Below are positions 23,601 to 38,600 of a stretch of DNA of 64,000 nucleotides, in pieces. Position 1 is the first letter of the stretch, and each line of letters starts with the position of its first letter. The stretch lies in NCBI GenBank assembly GCA_040954595.2, contig CM082583.2:3791060-3855059 (forward strand), given 5' to 3'. The position numbers and the translations under genes were made by a program. The notes beneath the pieces were generated by a model that made no database searches, had not been told where the DNA came from, and saw only the letters and a program-made list of their open reading frames with translations. This DNA comes from Balanoglossus misakiensis (taxonomy: Eukaryota > Animalia > Hemichordata).

Positions 23601-26600
23601 AATTAGCATATGACTCCTCCTATACTAATAGTTGTAAGGAAAACGTCATTGCACAGGTACAATGTCAGTGAAGATACGGCAAGCGAGACAATACGGCTGG
23701 CAAGCGCCTCGAGCGACAGGTTTTCCAATCTACTTCCAGACAAGCGCACAAAACTAACAGAACATTTTTTATTTTTCAGACTGGCATCTAAAACTTGCCA
23801 AGATGACAACTGAAAACACAAAAGTGTACTCCAATTACAAACAGTCAAGTCTACTTACTGATACTTGTAAGACTGTAGCCACAGAATCATCACTGCGTCT
23901 GCTGGAGGAGCTCTGTGCACCAGAAAACATCCCTTTATTTTCTTTTTCATATGATGACCTTCTCCTTTCATGCTTCGATCTTTGCTTCGTTTTTGGTGTA
24001 GTTTCTCGACTTCGCGATCCAGGAGTGGGGCTTTCAGTTGCAATCTGTGATCGTCGACGACTTGATCTTCGTGACGAGTCTGATCCCGAGCGGCGATGGT
24101 GGCGCTCTTTACGATCCGAGTAGCTGCAGTTACTATCACCTCTGTTGAATACATACCATAGGTTCATTAAGAACATTCGTCCTCTGAACCACACACACAG
24201 CAGTTTCATTCTATGCCCAAACATTATGTATATGATTCATCGCAGCAATTCGCTGTGTACGTCATACACTGCATTTATAAGTTTCACACAAAAACTCTGA
24301 CATAAAAATTTAAACTTCAAATTAACAAATTATAGATATTTTAATTCATGATAGGGTAATGTAATTTATAGCCATTCTACAGATTGACAATCAGAATTAA
24401 ACTTTAAAAGTTTGTTGATATTGATTGCAATAATTGGGAAATATTAGTCTCTTCATAGATATATACTATTTAAAACATTATGAAAAAAAAATCAAGATTA
24501 CTTTTAACTTTGTAAAGATTACATAAAGCTAGTTTTCATAATATGGTCTCACTACACAAGACACACTCAACTGAGTGTTATTACGTAGAATGGTGAAAGT
24601 ATCCTGATTCTTACCCATCACTCTCACGATGTTTGCTATTTGAACGACTGCGGTCTCCACTCCGAGACCGACGTCTTCTGTGTGTGGGAGTAGTCTTCAC
24701 TCGGACTGGAATACCTTCCGTTCTGATACAAGAATAAAATCAAAGGTGTTGATTTAAAAACGTTACTAATTTACAGAACACTGCGCAACATGTACTCAAG
24801 TCATAAAATTGGGGGATAATAACTATGGGCCACTGAGGGCGCTATTTATACAAGTTCATAATGTTCGACTTACTCGATTGCTGTATACGGTATAAATCTC
24901 ATCTCTTCTTCAGTGGCACCTGGGGGTTCTACTAATTCATACTGAATATGTTTCTTCAACTCTGTACTGGCCCTTCTGTCTTCCAGTGATCTCCTGTAGT
25001 CCCCGGCAACAACCAGTGCATGATGGGTAAAAAGCAACAACACAAGGCACAGCAAATTAGAGTGATTAGTAGCAAAACATAAACAGTTTCACTCCACGAC
25101 AACAGTCTACAATTGAAAATTTAGGGGACTCCATCTTGTTTAGATACTTGTTCCATGAAAACAAAATGATGAAATAAACCCAATCAGGCTTGTTGCTTTA
25201 GACACTTTGTGCATCAGTAGATGTAAATGGCCAAATCATCCCTAAATCCAAGTTACTGTAACCGAAGAATGAAACCGAGAGGCGATGTCTTGATGTGACT
25301 TGACAACTCCTGTCTCATCAAATAATCTTGTATGTTAACTTGCATATATTATGATCTGGTTCTGCTTTAACAACATTCAAATACAGGTAAGAAATCACAA
25401 TGCAACATTCAGGGAAGGAGTGTAAACCACACCCAAATTTCTCAACCCATTCATATTGCAATGGTTTATTTGTATTGCATCCCATTAGTAACATTGGCAG
25501 AAAAGCATTTAGGGCTGTAATGCTCGGCATTATTGACTTTGTTGACAGCAAATACTCTACAAAATTGGATTTGCCTTGCCTACTGTCACAGATTATAGAC
25601 AATGTGCATGATTTCTGTAATTTTTCTTTTCTTTCTGTAGATGTTCACTTTTCTTTGTGAATGATAAACAAAGTGCATAAATACATCCATATGTCACAAA
25701 TCTCAATGAGATCAAATCACACAATGCTTCATAATACGATGTCATGCAAACACACAGCAATATAAAACAACTTGTGCACCCCTTTTTCTCTGTGGTATAG
25801 TCCATGCAACAACCAAAAAAATCAGACTATCGCACCATGCAGATGTACTTAAGGATGTTACAGGTCTATCATTCAATAAGGAAGACAAGAATTGAAGTTT
25901 ATATTCATAAACTAATATCTGCACAAAGTGCAAGAAGTGCAAAAATAATGAAATGGGTGAGGAGATATTATTGGTGGCATTTATCAGAAGGTATTTGTTA
26001 GTATAGAAGGTGAACATACGGTCTTGTACGCCTCCATTTCTTCTCAGAATTCTCTGTAGCAGTGGCAGGAAGAGCCCTGTCGAATTCAAACATGATTGTT
26101 AGAAAAAGACAGACAAAAGTCAATAATTCACCATGCAGTGCTGTCAAAAGATACGAAGGCCACACCAATTATATCTTATGTTTCTCTTAACTTTTGCAAT
26201 AGATCTAGACAATACCAATAAAATATGTGCAATGATATTTTTTGTGTTCTAAACTTTGAACAGAAGAGGGAAAATGAAAACATAAAGAAGTAGACCGGCG
26301 TCCAATCAACAAACAATGAAAACAGAGAATTAAGAAAATTAAGAAAAGTAGAATTTACATTAAGCTGAAAAAGCGAAATGTTGACCATATCTACACATTA
26401 TTTTACCAACATTTACAAAAGAATTGAGAATCTCATCACTACATAAGAGCTGAAGTCTCTAATACTAAACCCCTTTGGAGAGATAGACCTGTTTGCTTTG
26501 ATCACATGCATGCATGCATAACACCACATCCACACATCGTAACAGGAATAACAACCACCACTTTGTCATGTCAGTTTCTGGTAATATTCCTATCAACTAA

Positions 26601-29600
26601 TTTGTTATTCCTGCACAACACATTGAGCTTTCATGATTTTACCAAAATTATGATATGTTGCAAAGCAGATGTGTGCTTGGGCCTTCATACATTCTAAACA
26701 CCCAAATAATTTGAACAGTGTAGTGAACATGATGAATGGTATTTTATGTGTGGGGATGAATGAGACAATTTTGTACACTTGCAAGTCAGCAAGCATAATT
26801 AATTGAATGCATACGTGCAAATGCCAACAAAATGATCAAAGTGATAGTTTGATGTGATGTAGTTTACAGGGAAGACAGGACACGCAAAACACAAAACAAG
26901 ACAACATGCAAGACAACATGCAACAACAAGACAACATACAATAACAGGACAAACATGCAACAACACCTTACAGGAGTACAAACACAACATTTTGCTTACA
27001 AAAAAATAATACAATTATTTAATGAAGAAATATTTCCATACTATTGCTTAGAAATATGTCTCCAATAGAAATAAAAGTCAATTTGACAATAATGCTTACT
27101 AAAATAATATACATAATGATACATGATGTGTACACATAGTGAAAATATATAAAATGTGTGAAATGGTTTGTCTATTAATAAAAATGACTTTCACCAATGA
27201 TTTCATTTGTAATGTCACACCAATGGGATAAGAAGACATCAGACTGCCTTCTAAGCCCATATGATAGCCACTGACTCAACAAACTCACTAGTGACTCAAG
27301 AAAATTATCTGCAATACTGTGTAATGATGTGGCTTTGTAAATAGCGACTGATACAGCTCCGTTGTGACACTTTGCATTATAAACAAGATGACTACTTCAG
27401 AATTAAATGGCGCACTTGTGATGAAACGAAAATAGTTAGCCCCCCCCCAAAAAAAAACAACAACAACAACAACAACAACAAAAACAAAAAAACAAACAAA
27501 CAAACAACAGATGACCGAAGACGGACAATCACCCTATCTTATAAGCTATGCGTCGCTGACAATGGAGCTAATGAAATGAAATGAACAATGATTCGGACTG
27601 TACTACAGAAATTGTGCATTTTTATTTTGAAATTTCAAACCATATAAATATGTACTGACCCATTACGTAAATCTTTAACAATTGCACTATTAGCAGCAGC
27701 CCTTCTTTCCGCCTCAAGAGCTTGTTGTTGTTGTTGTTGAACCATGCGCCATTGTTGCTCGGAGTCCACCATTTTTTCTGATGATCGTCTGCCGAGTGAA
27801 ATCATGTATTAGTGTTGCAAACATTTGACACCAAACGGGTTTTATTGAACACACGACTGCATAGACTTCAATCAACATGAGAATGTAACTGTTCTGATGC
27901 AAGAGAGAGAATCCCATTTTGGAACCACAAACACATGAACGCAGAGGAAGATATGTGCTTACCTTCGTCGTCTTCTACTTTTATGACTATGTCTGCTGCT
28001 TTCTGATTCACTGCCACTACTAGCGCCACCACGTGACCTGGATCTGAAATTGAGATGTCAATGTGTTGAAATGGCATCACACACCAAACTCCCCATAGCG
28101 TAAACACTTTAACATAATGAGTGACTGATATTCAGTTCATACAGCTCAAATCAAAATTTGTCACGTTAAGATCTACCCGGTATATGTTAATATTTTGCCC
28201 TGGACCAAGTACTCATCCCCATCAATGAAAGCATCACTACATCATCTTTGTTTAATACAAAGAATGAGACAAGACTTATGTGCCTTACCTTCTTTTCCTA
28301 TGATGGCAATAATCACTGTCTGTATCTGAACCCGAACGATGGCGATGGCGTCTAAAGAGACAAAATAATGCACATTTACCTGCAATCACTATTGGTGGGG
28401 CCCAATGTGACAAACTGCTGAGTAAGCTTTTTTTCACTAACGTTTTTTTCTGCATGTAAATACATTCAATGAAATTTATCTCAAATTCAGCATAGTAACC
28501 ATACAATTTTATTAAGCCACTGAATTTAATTTCATTTGGCTGAGTTATGTGTAAAACTTCACGAAAATGGCAATAGTAGAAATGGATAGCAATCCTCAAT
28601 GTTATCCTATGAGAACATTTGTAGTGCACGTACATCCGAAAGTGAGTCTGTGGCATCTGTGTTCAGAGCCTGGCCCCTCAACCATTTCATGATCATCAGC
28701 AGTGTGGAAGTCAACAATGACATACCTGTGTTTCCTGCAACTGGAATCACTATCCCAATCACTTCCTGAACCGCGACGGTGGTGATGATGGTGGTGATGA
28801 TGATGCTTTGAACCAGGTGATCGTGACCTTGACCTTCTCCTGCCAGTTGACCCTGCACTTCTGACAGACACCGGCGACCCACCAGCTGGAGTGTATAAAC
28901 CTCTGTACAGAGAAGCACAGCAATGGTCATTTCATTTTGACAAAAAGACTACCACGTGATCACATTAGTCTAGCTGTTGAATTTACTTTCACATTCAATT
29001 TCTGTGCCAGTAGGAATGCATGTAACCTTACACAGGTGAAAATACTACACATTGTTCTGATAAGTTATAGACATGAATTATATAGATTTTAAATATCTGT
29101 GAGACTTGCAGGTGTTCTGCTTATTAGCATAATGTGCCTAAAAAGCAGTGACAAGTCTGCATATTAGACCTGTTGTGGTTTTGGATTGCATCTATCACAC
29201 GTATACACATACATCTACCATACCACCAGTATTGACAGGCGGAAATGTACAGATACAGGGACTGTGAAATATCTAATCAATGGAATACTATGAAGATTCC
29301 AAAATGGTCTCCCCCCCCCTTCTTCCCCCTCCCATCACAAATAATCATCTATCTACCTTGGCTTTGAATCTGCAGATCCTTCCCATGGCACAGACTTATT
29401 GGTGCTTCCTGAGTTGGTTTTCTTGTGACCTCTTCTGTTTTCTTGAGAAACTGCTTTACTTCCACTGCAAATTAAAGTTTCAAGACATTTAAATTGCTGA
29501 AAATAATTGTTGGTAATTTTGCATATTGTGCGTGTATGTCAAATGGTTCTCTATCAGGCTCTTTAAAGATACCAGTATGAAGTAACCATTGTTATCATGG

Positions 29601-32600
29601 AAATTTGAAATATAGCCAATCACAGATTTTCAAATGATTTAGAAACGCACTACAACATATGGTCATTCAAAGACTCAAACATGTCCTTTTGCCCATATAT
29701 AGGCATATGTAAATTAGAGGTGACTGTATACTTTTAATTAATTGGCACATTGTCACTGCAGACAGACTGCAATACTCGATAGCCATAGCTTCATCAAGTC
29801 ACAGCCATGGATAGACTTGAAGCTTAAACTGACATGCAGTAATTTCTGTCGTTCAATTGTAAATATCAGATTTGAAAACAGTTAGGCAATTGGTAACAGA
29901 ATGGACCATACTTGACAACTATTAAAACATCTGAAGACCTTTTCTGTCAAAGTCAATGGCAGAGTGAGGGACAATGGAACCATATACTTTAATCCTTGTT
30001 TTACCTTTTCACTGGTTCAGGTGCTAGAGATTTGGCAACACCATTTTCCACAATGAGATTGTCTTGATACGGAGCCCACTGAGAGATGATTGGCGCCCCC
30101 GAGTCATCCATTTGGGCCGACGCCCTTCTCATGTAACGTTTACTTGGAAGTCTCACCACCTTCGGTTGAGGGCGCTTCAACTTCTCGGACACCTGCAATG
30201 CCTCCATCTGAGTTCTCCCGCTGAGAAAATGGATTGAAAAGACACAAAAATGTTATAAATTGATGACACAAACAGCACAAAAAGGTAGGCCCAGCCCTAG
30301 CACAATCACCGTACCTGACTCTAATCCCTCGACACTCTAATGTTGATTCCGTATGAGAATATAAAGCGCACATTACCGGGCAGAGCAACTGAGTGTATGA
30401 TTTTGCACAATTGTAAGATTCACATCGTATTCAAAAATGTTGTGCATATAAATGCATTTTACACAGGTTATAACATTTTTGCACTATGAAGTGACAGATT
30501 TGGAGAAATCATTGCTGGTACAAAAATAACCTGGGACTGGGTATTCTTTGGAACTGCAAATCTAGTAAAGTTGGATGTTACACAGGTGTCTTGTAGTTGT
30601 ACGCACAATTGTTTAATAGTAAAGACTCAGAATAAACTCAGCACCTTCATTATCAGAGCTTTGTAAAAGGATAGATTGATGAGTTCTGTTGGTATCTACG
30701 ACTGATGGAATCTGCAGGGGCTAGCTCATGTTCACAATTTAAAGTTTTAATTAGAGTGCCATTAATGATGCAATTAATGACAAACGTGACACGTACTGAA
30801 ATGCCATCACGTATGGCATATTATGTCATGTCACTACGGAAACTTGTAAAAAAAGTATTTCACAACTGCAATGATTATTTTGGACACTAATAGACAAGAT
30901 TATGGATCCAAACTGTTGTACAAAGTATCTGTACAAGTATACTGAACAAATGTGCACTGGCAGAAAAGTAGGAAAGCCGACAATGGAAATGACAGGTTTT
31001 TTTTACACAGCCTGTAGTATAAGGACAGATTGATGAATGGTTCTGTAACATGCATGGGATAGCATGAACACCTTTAGAATTCAATGCTGGCTACACAGTG
31101 ATTCAAAAACTGGAAGAAGAGAATGGAGATTCAATAGTTGCCTGCAACAATAGTGACTTGAACTTCTTGATTAAAGCATTGTTGCGGTGTTTTTTTTCTG
31201 AAGCAAAGCCAACTTTAGATCTTGAAATTCAATGAGCTTTCTATTTACATGTGCTGACTTGTTCAGGGTACTAATGATGTATGATGAAACGCTAATGGTG
31301 TGAAAATTACCCTGATATGTGTCGGCTGTATACTCTAGGGCCCCATTCTTTCAACTGAATCTGCCAATTGGTAGACAAACAACATGTTCCCTTGAATTGC
31401 TTTCATTACATGAGGGTGATGATCAAACCCAGTTTACAAAGCCCCTCTTAATACATGCTATCACCCCTATTTCTAAGTAAGGCAGGCCAACCATCCTTTA
31501 AAGGGTGTCAGTAGTTGAACACAAACACCTAGCACATAGGAGACGAAATCTACTGCGGTATTGTAACTATGCCCCCCTTCAATGTGACTGTTCACACCAC
31601 AAAGTGTGATGTAATGCTACTCTCAAAACAAGTTATTTGTTGATAAATACAACAGCCAGGGGACTAGTCTTCACACAAATCTAACTACACCATTATCTGA
31701 AACTGTCAACAGGTAGCTGCAGTAAAGTCAACCGTGTAAAACCAAATGTGATTTTATATGACCACTACTAAATCATCAATTATCTTAAAAGTAAACATAA
31801 CTATTAAAACTTGTGAGCGATTTCTCACTACAGAAAATGGAATTAGCATAATGAATTTGTTGAATCTGTCGAACACTAAATACTAAATTCAAGGTGATTT
31901 AGAAATGTCCCTTATAATGAAATAAACATTTTCAGAAGTAGATATTTGTGGAACAAAACTTCAACACCATTTGGCACAGGTTATATCTAAAATCATTCTC
32001 ACTAGTTTTTGTTCCCATGACATCACAGTATATACAACCCTGTCAACTTTCATTACGTGAATAGTTAATTTTCATGACTACATGAGAGTTAGCATGTATT
32101 CAGATCTGAAGTCTGCTGGTAAATGAAAAGACTGAGTCTTGACATATTAGGTTCAAAAGTCCACCCTGCAAGTACGTGCTGGGAACATGTGAACCCCATA
32201 TGTACTGGCATCAACTCTTTCTTCAACTTTCAGCAAATACTCAGCAGTACAGTAACATGATACTTCAGTAAAACCATAGTATTTATTTTCTACAAGATCT
32301 TCTCACTGCACTCATGGAGAAGTCAAATTTGGTATGTTTTTTTATCTACATGTGGAGGTACTGGCCAGTGAGTAGTTTATATGTTTGTGATGGGGCAAAG
32401 TAATTTTCAGAAAGTCCACTGTAAAACTGAACTCCTAGCACCAAAATGAAACGGCTGAGAGAAAACCATTTAAAGAACGACCTTCAGAACAAAGTTGAGA
32501 AACACAGTGCATCTTTCATTCCCTGTTTCATTTCTGTTTAATAGCTGATGGCATATGACACTGGAGTAATGTAACACACAAAGGGTCACATGGTTCAATA

Positions 32601-35600
32601 AAGTTACTGCTCCAGTGCTACTGGTTCTATGTGGAAATCTGACTTCTCTCTCTCTCTCTGTGCTGGGAAATTCCCAGTCTTTGGATTAGAGTCGAAATCC
32701 TGGAAATGTCAAGACCTCCACCTAACATGGTGGTATCCACTTACTGTTCCATTAACTTAGTTGAACAAAGTACATATTTCCAAACAACAGAATATGATTA
32801 TTAGCCCTATAGTAATGTAAGAAATATGATCTATCTTGCATAATTCAACAACATGAAAAAGAAGATCTGTGCATAGACCTTTTCTGTATTTGCTAATGCA
32901 CTGACAAATATTAGCTAGAGAATCAAACAAGGCAATGATCGTTTATGCTTGTGTGATTTATTGCAAATGTGGCCTGCTGGGTTCAAAAGAACGATCTCAT
33001 TATGGTACCTCACACAGCACTTCACACCTTCAATATCTGGAACAAACCAAACATCATAGGGGTGGAAGTAGTGAACTACCCACACACTACATCAGTATGA
33101 AAATAAACAGGCGAAACCTTCAATTTGTGAAAACGGCCATAGAAATACTCGTACTTCTATGATCAAACTCCACCACATATTTATTTGCAACATCTATCAT
33201 GACTAATCCTACATCTACATTTGGTTTTTTTCCATAGAGTATTGAAGTATTCCTGCATGCTATATTTTATTCCAGAGTAGGCCTCTTTGCATGGGACTGT
33301 TAAAAATATTATGTGAACATTTCTACTTTAAAATTTACCACAAAGAATGAGTTTGCCAGAGTGAAATTTGCTGAATTCTTCCAAACAAGAATATTCTTTT
33401 CATAAACTTCAAAATCTGAAACCCTAACTAAATGCAATAATCGAAAGATGTAAATCAACTGCCATTTCTATAGCCACAGCAATTACATACCTGTGACGGA
33501 ATCTTGAGCTGCCAAAGTTGTATCTTCGTAATTTATCTGACGGCACATTGGAGACATGTGGAAGACGAAAAAATGCATGTTGCTCGACACAACACTGCCA
33601 TAGATGCTTGCAAGCTGATTTGTTGTTTAACTCAAAGTAATATTCATTTTCTGTATTCTGAAATAAAAATAAATCGACAGTGACATTTTGGTCTGAAAGC
33701 TGCCTCAGTACTTGTATTATTACAAGTGGTATAATTTAACAAGAAGATTTGGTATGTTATAATTGGACATTTGCTGGTATCTTCAAGGCTGCAGTGTATA
33801 GGGAAGATACATTTCCATCTGTAATTTCTACATAACATGTTAAATGGAGCAGATCGCTTACAGCTCAAACTGATATGGGATCTCCAAACCTGTTCAACTT
33901 CACTTGGTTATACTGAATGTAAAGATGGAAACAAGTATCTGATACAACATGTACACAAGGATCTTGGTTTTCAGAAAACCTGTCTGCAATGTGTGATCGT
34001 AATTTGATTACAAAAGTGTTGGTGAGATTTGTCTTCAAGGAAAAACTATGTGAAATTTGGCAGCACTAGGGGCATTAAATACTTACATCTCTCCCTATTA
34101 CCCTGAGAATGAACTGGCAATCTTTAAAATGAACTTTTGTAATTTTTGGCCTGCAAAGAAGGAAACAATAAAACTGTATCATCACCGTCATTGTGTTACA
34201 TGTATAATAAATTATATAAAAAGAATACTGGCAAATCATTTTTCTTCATATTCCTGATACCACTGTGGTAGATAAAACAATAGCCAAGAACTTATTTAAA
34301 ATACCAGCCTTTCATGGACCAATGTAGTATATACCGGTAATGTGGTATTTTTTACAAGAAATTTGAAATTAAAACTTAAACGTGTATTTTGAACGATGTT
34401 GTAATGAACGTAAAGAGGGGATATGTTACATTAGAAGAGTTGGAAAAGGTTCCGCTAAAAATAATATTAAAGTTTATTAAATGCCCAAAAGCTCCCAATG
34501 GAAATATTAATATTAAACAAGTTTATACTTACCAGAAATAATTTGCTACTTTATTTTTACTTTTATAAATAACGACACCAGTTGGTGTCAAACCTAAGAA
34601 ATATTCCACATTGTCTTGTCCTTTTACAGGATGCAAATCCACTCCATACATTTCCAGTAATTTGGCTCTCTCAAGAAAATTCATTTCGGCTGTTGCTGGA
34701 ACTTGACCCCTATGAATGCAAAAAAACAGAAGATTCTATCAAGATTTGATGACTGGAAAATATATGAAGTACAGTCCACCTTTCATAGCATAGCCTAGTG
34801 ATTGGAAAGCTGAGTATGTTGATTGATGATGTCATCATCATGTGATGGAATACCAAATTGCCTGTACAGAAAGTAGGATTTATAGCTCCATTAGCTGTAA
34901 CTTTTCACTTAATTTTCAGTATTTTTGTTCTGTATACCAAATGCAATTTCTTGCACTCCACTTGTCAACACAGCCTGTATGTGTGTAACAGCCATTAATT
35001 GTTATTGTTGACAAATTAATTCTGGTCCGGACTTGAATTCAAATTTTGCAGGGATTAGAACAAGAAACTGCAGTAGATACACAAAACAAAAATACTGAAA
35101 GCAAAGCAAACAGTAATGTCCCTTTTAAGAAACAGTGGGTGTAATATGCACCATTTCTGCAGTAGGTACACACCCTGTCAGCAATCTCTGAAGGACAAAG
35201 CTGCATCAGTTAACACTTGTAAGAGTTCTGATTATATAAAGTCAAAAGAACAATCTACAATTAAAGCTGCAAGCAGCATTGTCCGGGCCCAAGCTCTATT
35301 ATCTGATCTGATGCTGATATAGTGTTAAGTAGGTCAAAGGTCACCCGAGGTCACCCAACATTTGGGCAAAAAATTTTGATCCCATACTGGTCCATGTATA
35401 ACAAAAACCAAACCTCTAGCTCTATTGGTTCGCCTGTAATTAGCTATGCACATAATTAATGAGGTCAGCAGAGGTCAAAGGGGTCATGAAAAGTAGCAAA
35501 ATATTTTGATCACACACTAATCCACATTCATCAAAAACCAAACGTCTAGCCCTATAGGTTAGCCTGGAATTAGATATGCAGAAATAATAACGCGTGATAA

Positions 35601-38600
35601 GTAGGTCAAAGGTCATGTGAAAAATCGCCAAAAAATTGTAACATATTTTAGTCACATGACGATTGATATCCATTAAAAGAATTTGTATGCTATCAATTTT
35701 TAGACTAGAAAAAGGAATTTCAATTTTTCACTGCTTTTTACAAAATCCAATATGGCCGCCATAATCTTCGACCAATCACAATGTTCTTTGCAAACTTGAT
35801 AGACATCAGTGTAGTGACCATACTCCCCGAATCTTGCGACTCAGTCATCGCCCGATCTGGAGAGGAAGATTTTTGGAGTTTAACAATGGTTTTTCTAAAA
35901 TCCAATATGGCCGCCATAATCTTCGACCAATCACAATGATCTTCGCAAACTTGATAGACATCAGTTAGGTGACCACATACCCCAAACCCCGTGTCTCGGT
36001 TGTCACTGGTTCTGGAGAAGAAGATTTTTGAAATTTAAGCCAGATTTCAGAAAAAAAATTGTAGCAAAAAAACTGCAACATTGACAGCAAAATTTCCAAT
36101 TACAAAAATGATGGGTAGAAGGTAGTCTACCTGCATGCCAAATTTGAAGTCGATCTGACTTGTAGTTTCTGAGATCTGAGATTTGAATTTTTTCAGAAAA
36201 TCCAATATGGCCGCCAGGTCACGTGACTAATTAATTATTCACAAGTCACTGCACATCTACTCATTGACCTTGACCACTGTATCAAGTTTGAGAAGTGTAC
36301 CTGCAGTAGTTTCAGAGATCTCGTTGGCCGAAGAAATTGACACAAGAAAAAAGAAAGAAAGAAAAACCCCAACGAAACCAATAGGGCCCAAGCGCTTGCG
36401 TGCGCTTGGGCCCTAATTAAAGCTGCAAGCAGCGTTGGGGGGGCACAAGCGGTTCCCATGGTGACCAGCAAATTCCACGGCTGTATCTGCTGGGGATACC
36501 GAGACATGGGAAAGTAGGTCAAAGGTCACCTGAGGTCACCCCAAATTTGGGCAAAAAAATTGGACCCCATACTAGTCTAGATCCAACAAAAAACCAGACC
36601 CCTAGCCCTATTGGTTCGCCTGCAATTAGGTATGCACATAATTAATGAGGTCTTGTGTAAGACTCCATTATGTGCTCAATACCCATAAAAGCCAGGGCTC
36701 TAACTGCTCTGGATGCTGAGATATGGGAAAGTAGATCAATGGTCACCCAAGGTCACCCAAAATTAGGGCATAAAATTTTGACCCCAGACTGGGCCATGTC
36801 CAACCAATACCAGACCTCTAGCCCTATTGGGTAGCATGGAATTAGATATGCAGAAAAATGATGTTTCAGAAATAGGTCAAAGGTCATTGCCAAAATTACC
36901 AAAATATTTGTGTTATGTCCTGGCAGCATTGGTACCCATGTCCACAAAATTCATGACTGTGGTGCTTTTACAAGAGGAGGTATGGGGAATATGCATATAT
37001 AATTAGTTGTTTTAAAACTGGGTCAAAGGTCATGTGAAAATTGGCCCGAAAAATTGTGACAACTTCCGGTCATATGATGACTCATATCCAAAAAAAGAAT
37101 TTCCGTGCTGTCAACATTTTTGCTACAAAACAGTATTTTCATTTTTCAATGGTTTTCCGAAAATCCAACATGGCCGCCATAATGATCGACCAATCACAGT
37201 GCGCTTCGCAAACTTGATAGACATAGGTAAGGTGACCACATATCCCAAATCCCGAGACTCGGTAACCGCTGGTTCTGGAGAAGAAGATTTTTAAAGTTTT
37301 AAGTAGTTTTTCAGAAAAACAATTGTAGCAAAAAAACTTTATGTATGACGTCATGATTTCAATGGGGTAAAATGATGGAAAGAAGGTAGGCTACCTGCAC
37401 ACCAAATTTGAACTCGATCGGCCCTGTAGTTTTTGAGAAACACTCATTTAACGGTTTTCAGGAAATCCAATATGGCCGCCAGGTCACATGACTAATTAAA
37501 TATTCACGGGCCACTGCACGTCTACTCATTGGCCCCTATCACCCTACAAAGTTTCAGCCCCCTAGGTGCTGCGGTTTTCCAGATCTACCTGGCCGAATTT
37601 CTCGGAAGAAGAAGAAGAAGAAGAATAATAATAAAGAATTAAAGCTGCAAGCAGCATTGTCCGGGCCCAAGCTCTATTATCTGATCAGATTATTAGATAT
37701 GCACATAATTAATGAGTAGAAACATAATGCTGTGTTTTATCCCATGAAATATCAAGGTTATATCTATGTTTGGTGTTGATATAGTGTTAAGTAGGTCAAA
37801 GGTCACCAAGAGGTCACCCACAATTTGGGCAGAAAATTTTGATCCATAGTGGTCCATGTCCAACAAAAACCAGACCTCTAGCCCTTTTGGTTAGCCCGGA
37901 ATTAGGTATGCACATAAATAATGAGTTAAGCAGGTGTCAAAGGTGACCCAAAACTTTGGCTTTTCATTATGGCCCCATACCTCCAAACGCCAAGGTTGTA
38001 TCTGCTGTGGATGTCGAGATATGCAAAAGTAGGTCAAAGGTCACCCGAGGTCACCCAACATTTGGGCAAAATATTTTGACCCCATACTGGTCCATGTATA
38101 ACAAAAACAAAACCTCTAGGTCTATTGGTTCATCATTAATTAGGTATGCGCATATTTAATGAGGTCACCAGAGGTCAAAGGGGTCATGAAAAGTAGCAAC
38201 ATTTTTTGATCACATACAAATCCACATACATCAAAAACCAAACTTATAGCCCTATTGGTAAGCCTGGAATTAGATATGCAGAAAAATGATGCGTCAAAAG
38301 TAGGTCAAAGGTCATTGCCAAAATTACCAAAATATTTATAGCTTATTCTTGTCATATGATGATTCATATCCATAAAAAGAATTTCTGTGCTATCAATTTT
38401 TAGGCTAGAAAAGGAATTTTTACTTTTTAATCGTTTTTCACAAAATCTAATATGGCCGCCATAATCTTCGACCAATCACATTCCCCTTCGCAAACTTGAT
38501 AGACACCTGTTTAATGACCACACACACCAAATCTTGTGACTCGGTTATCGCCCGTTCTTGAGAAGAAGATTTTTGAAGTTTTACTATGGTTTTTCGAAAA

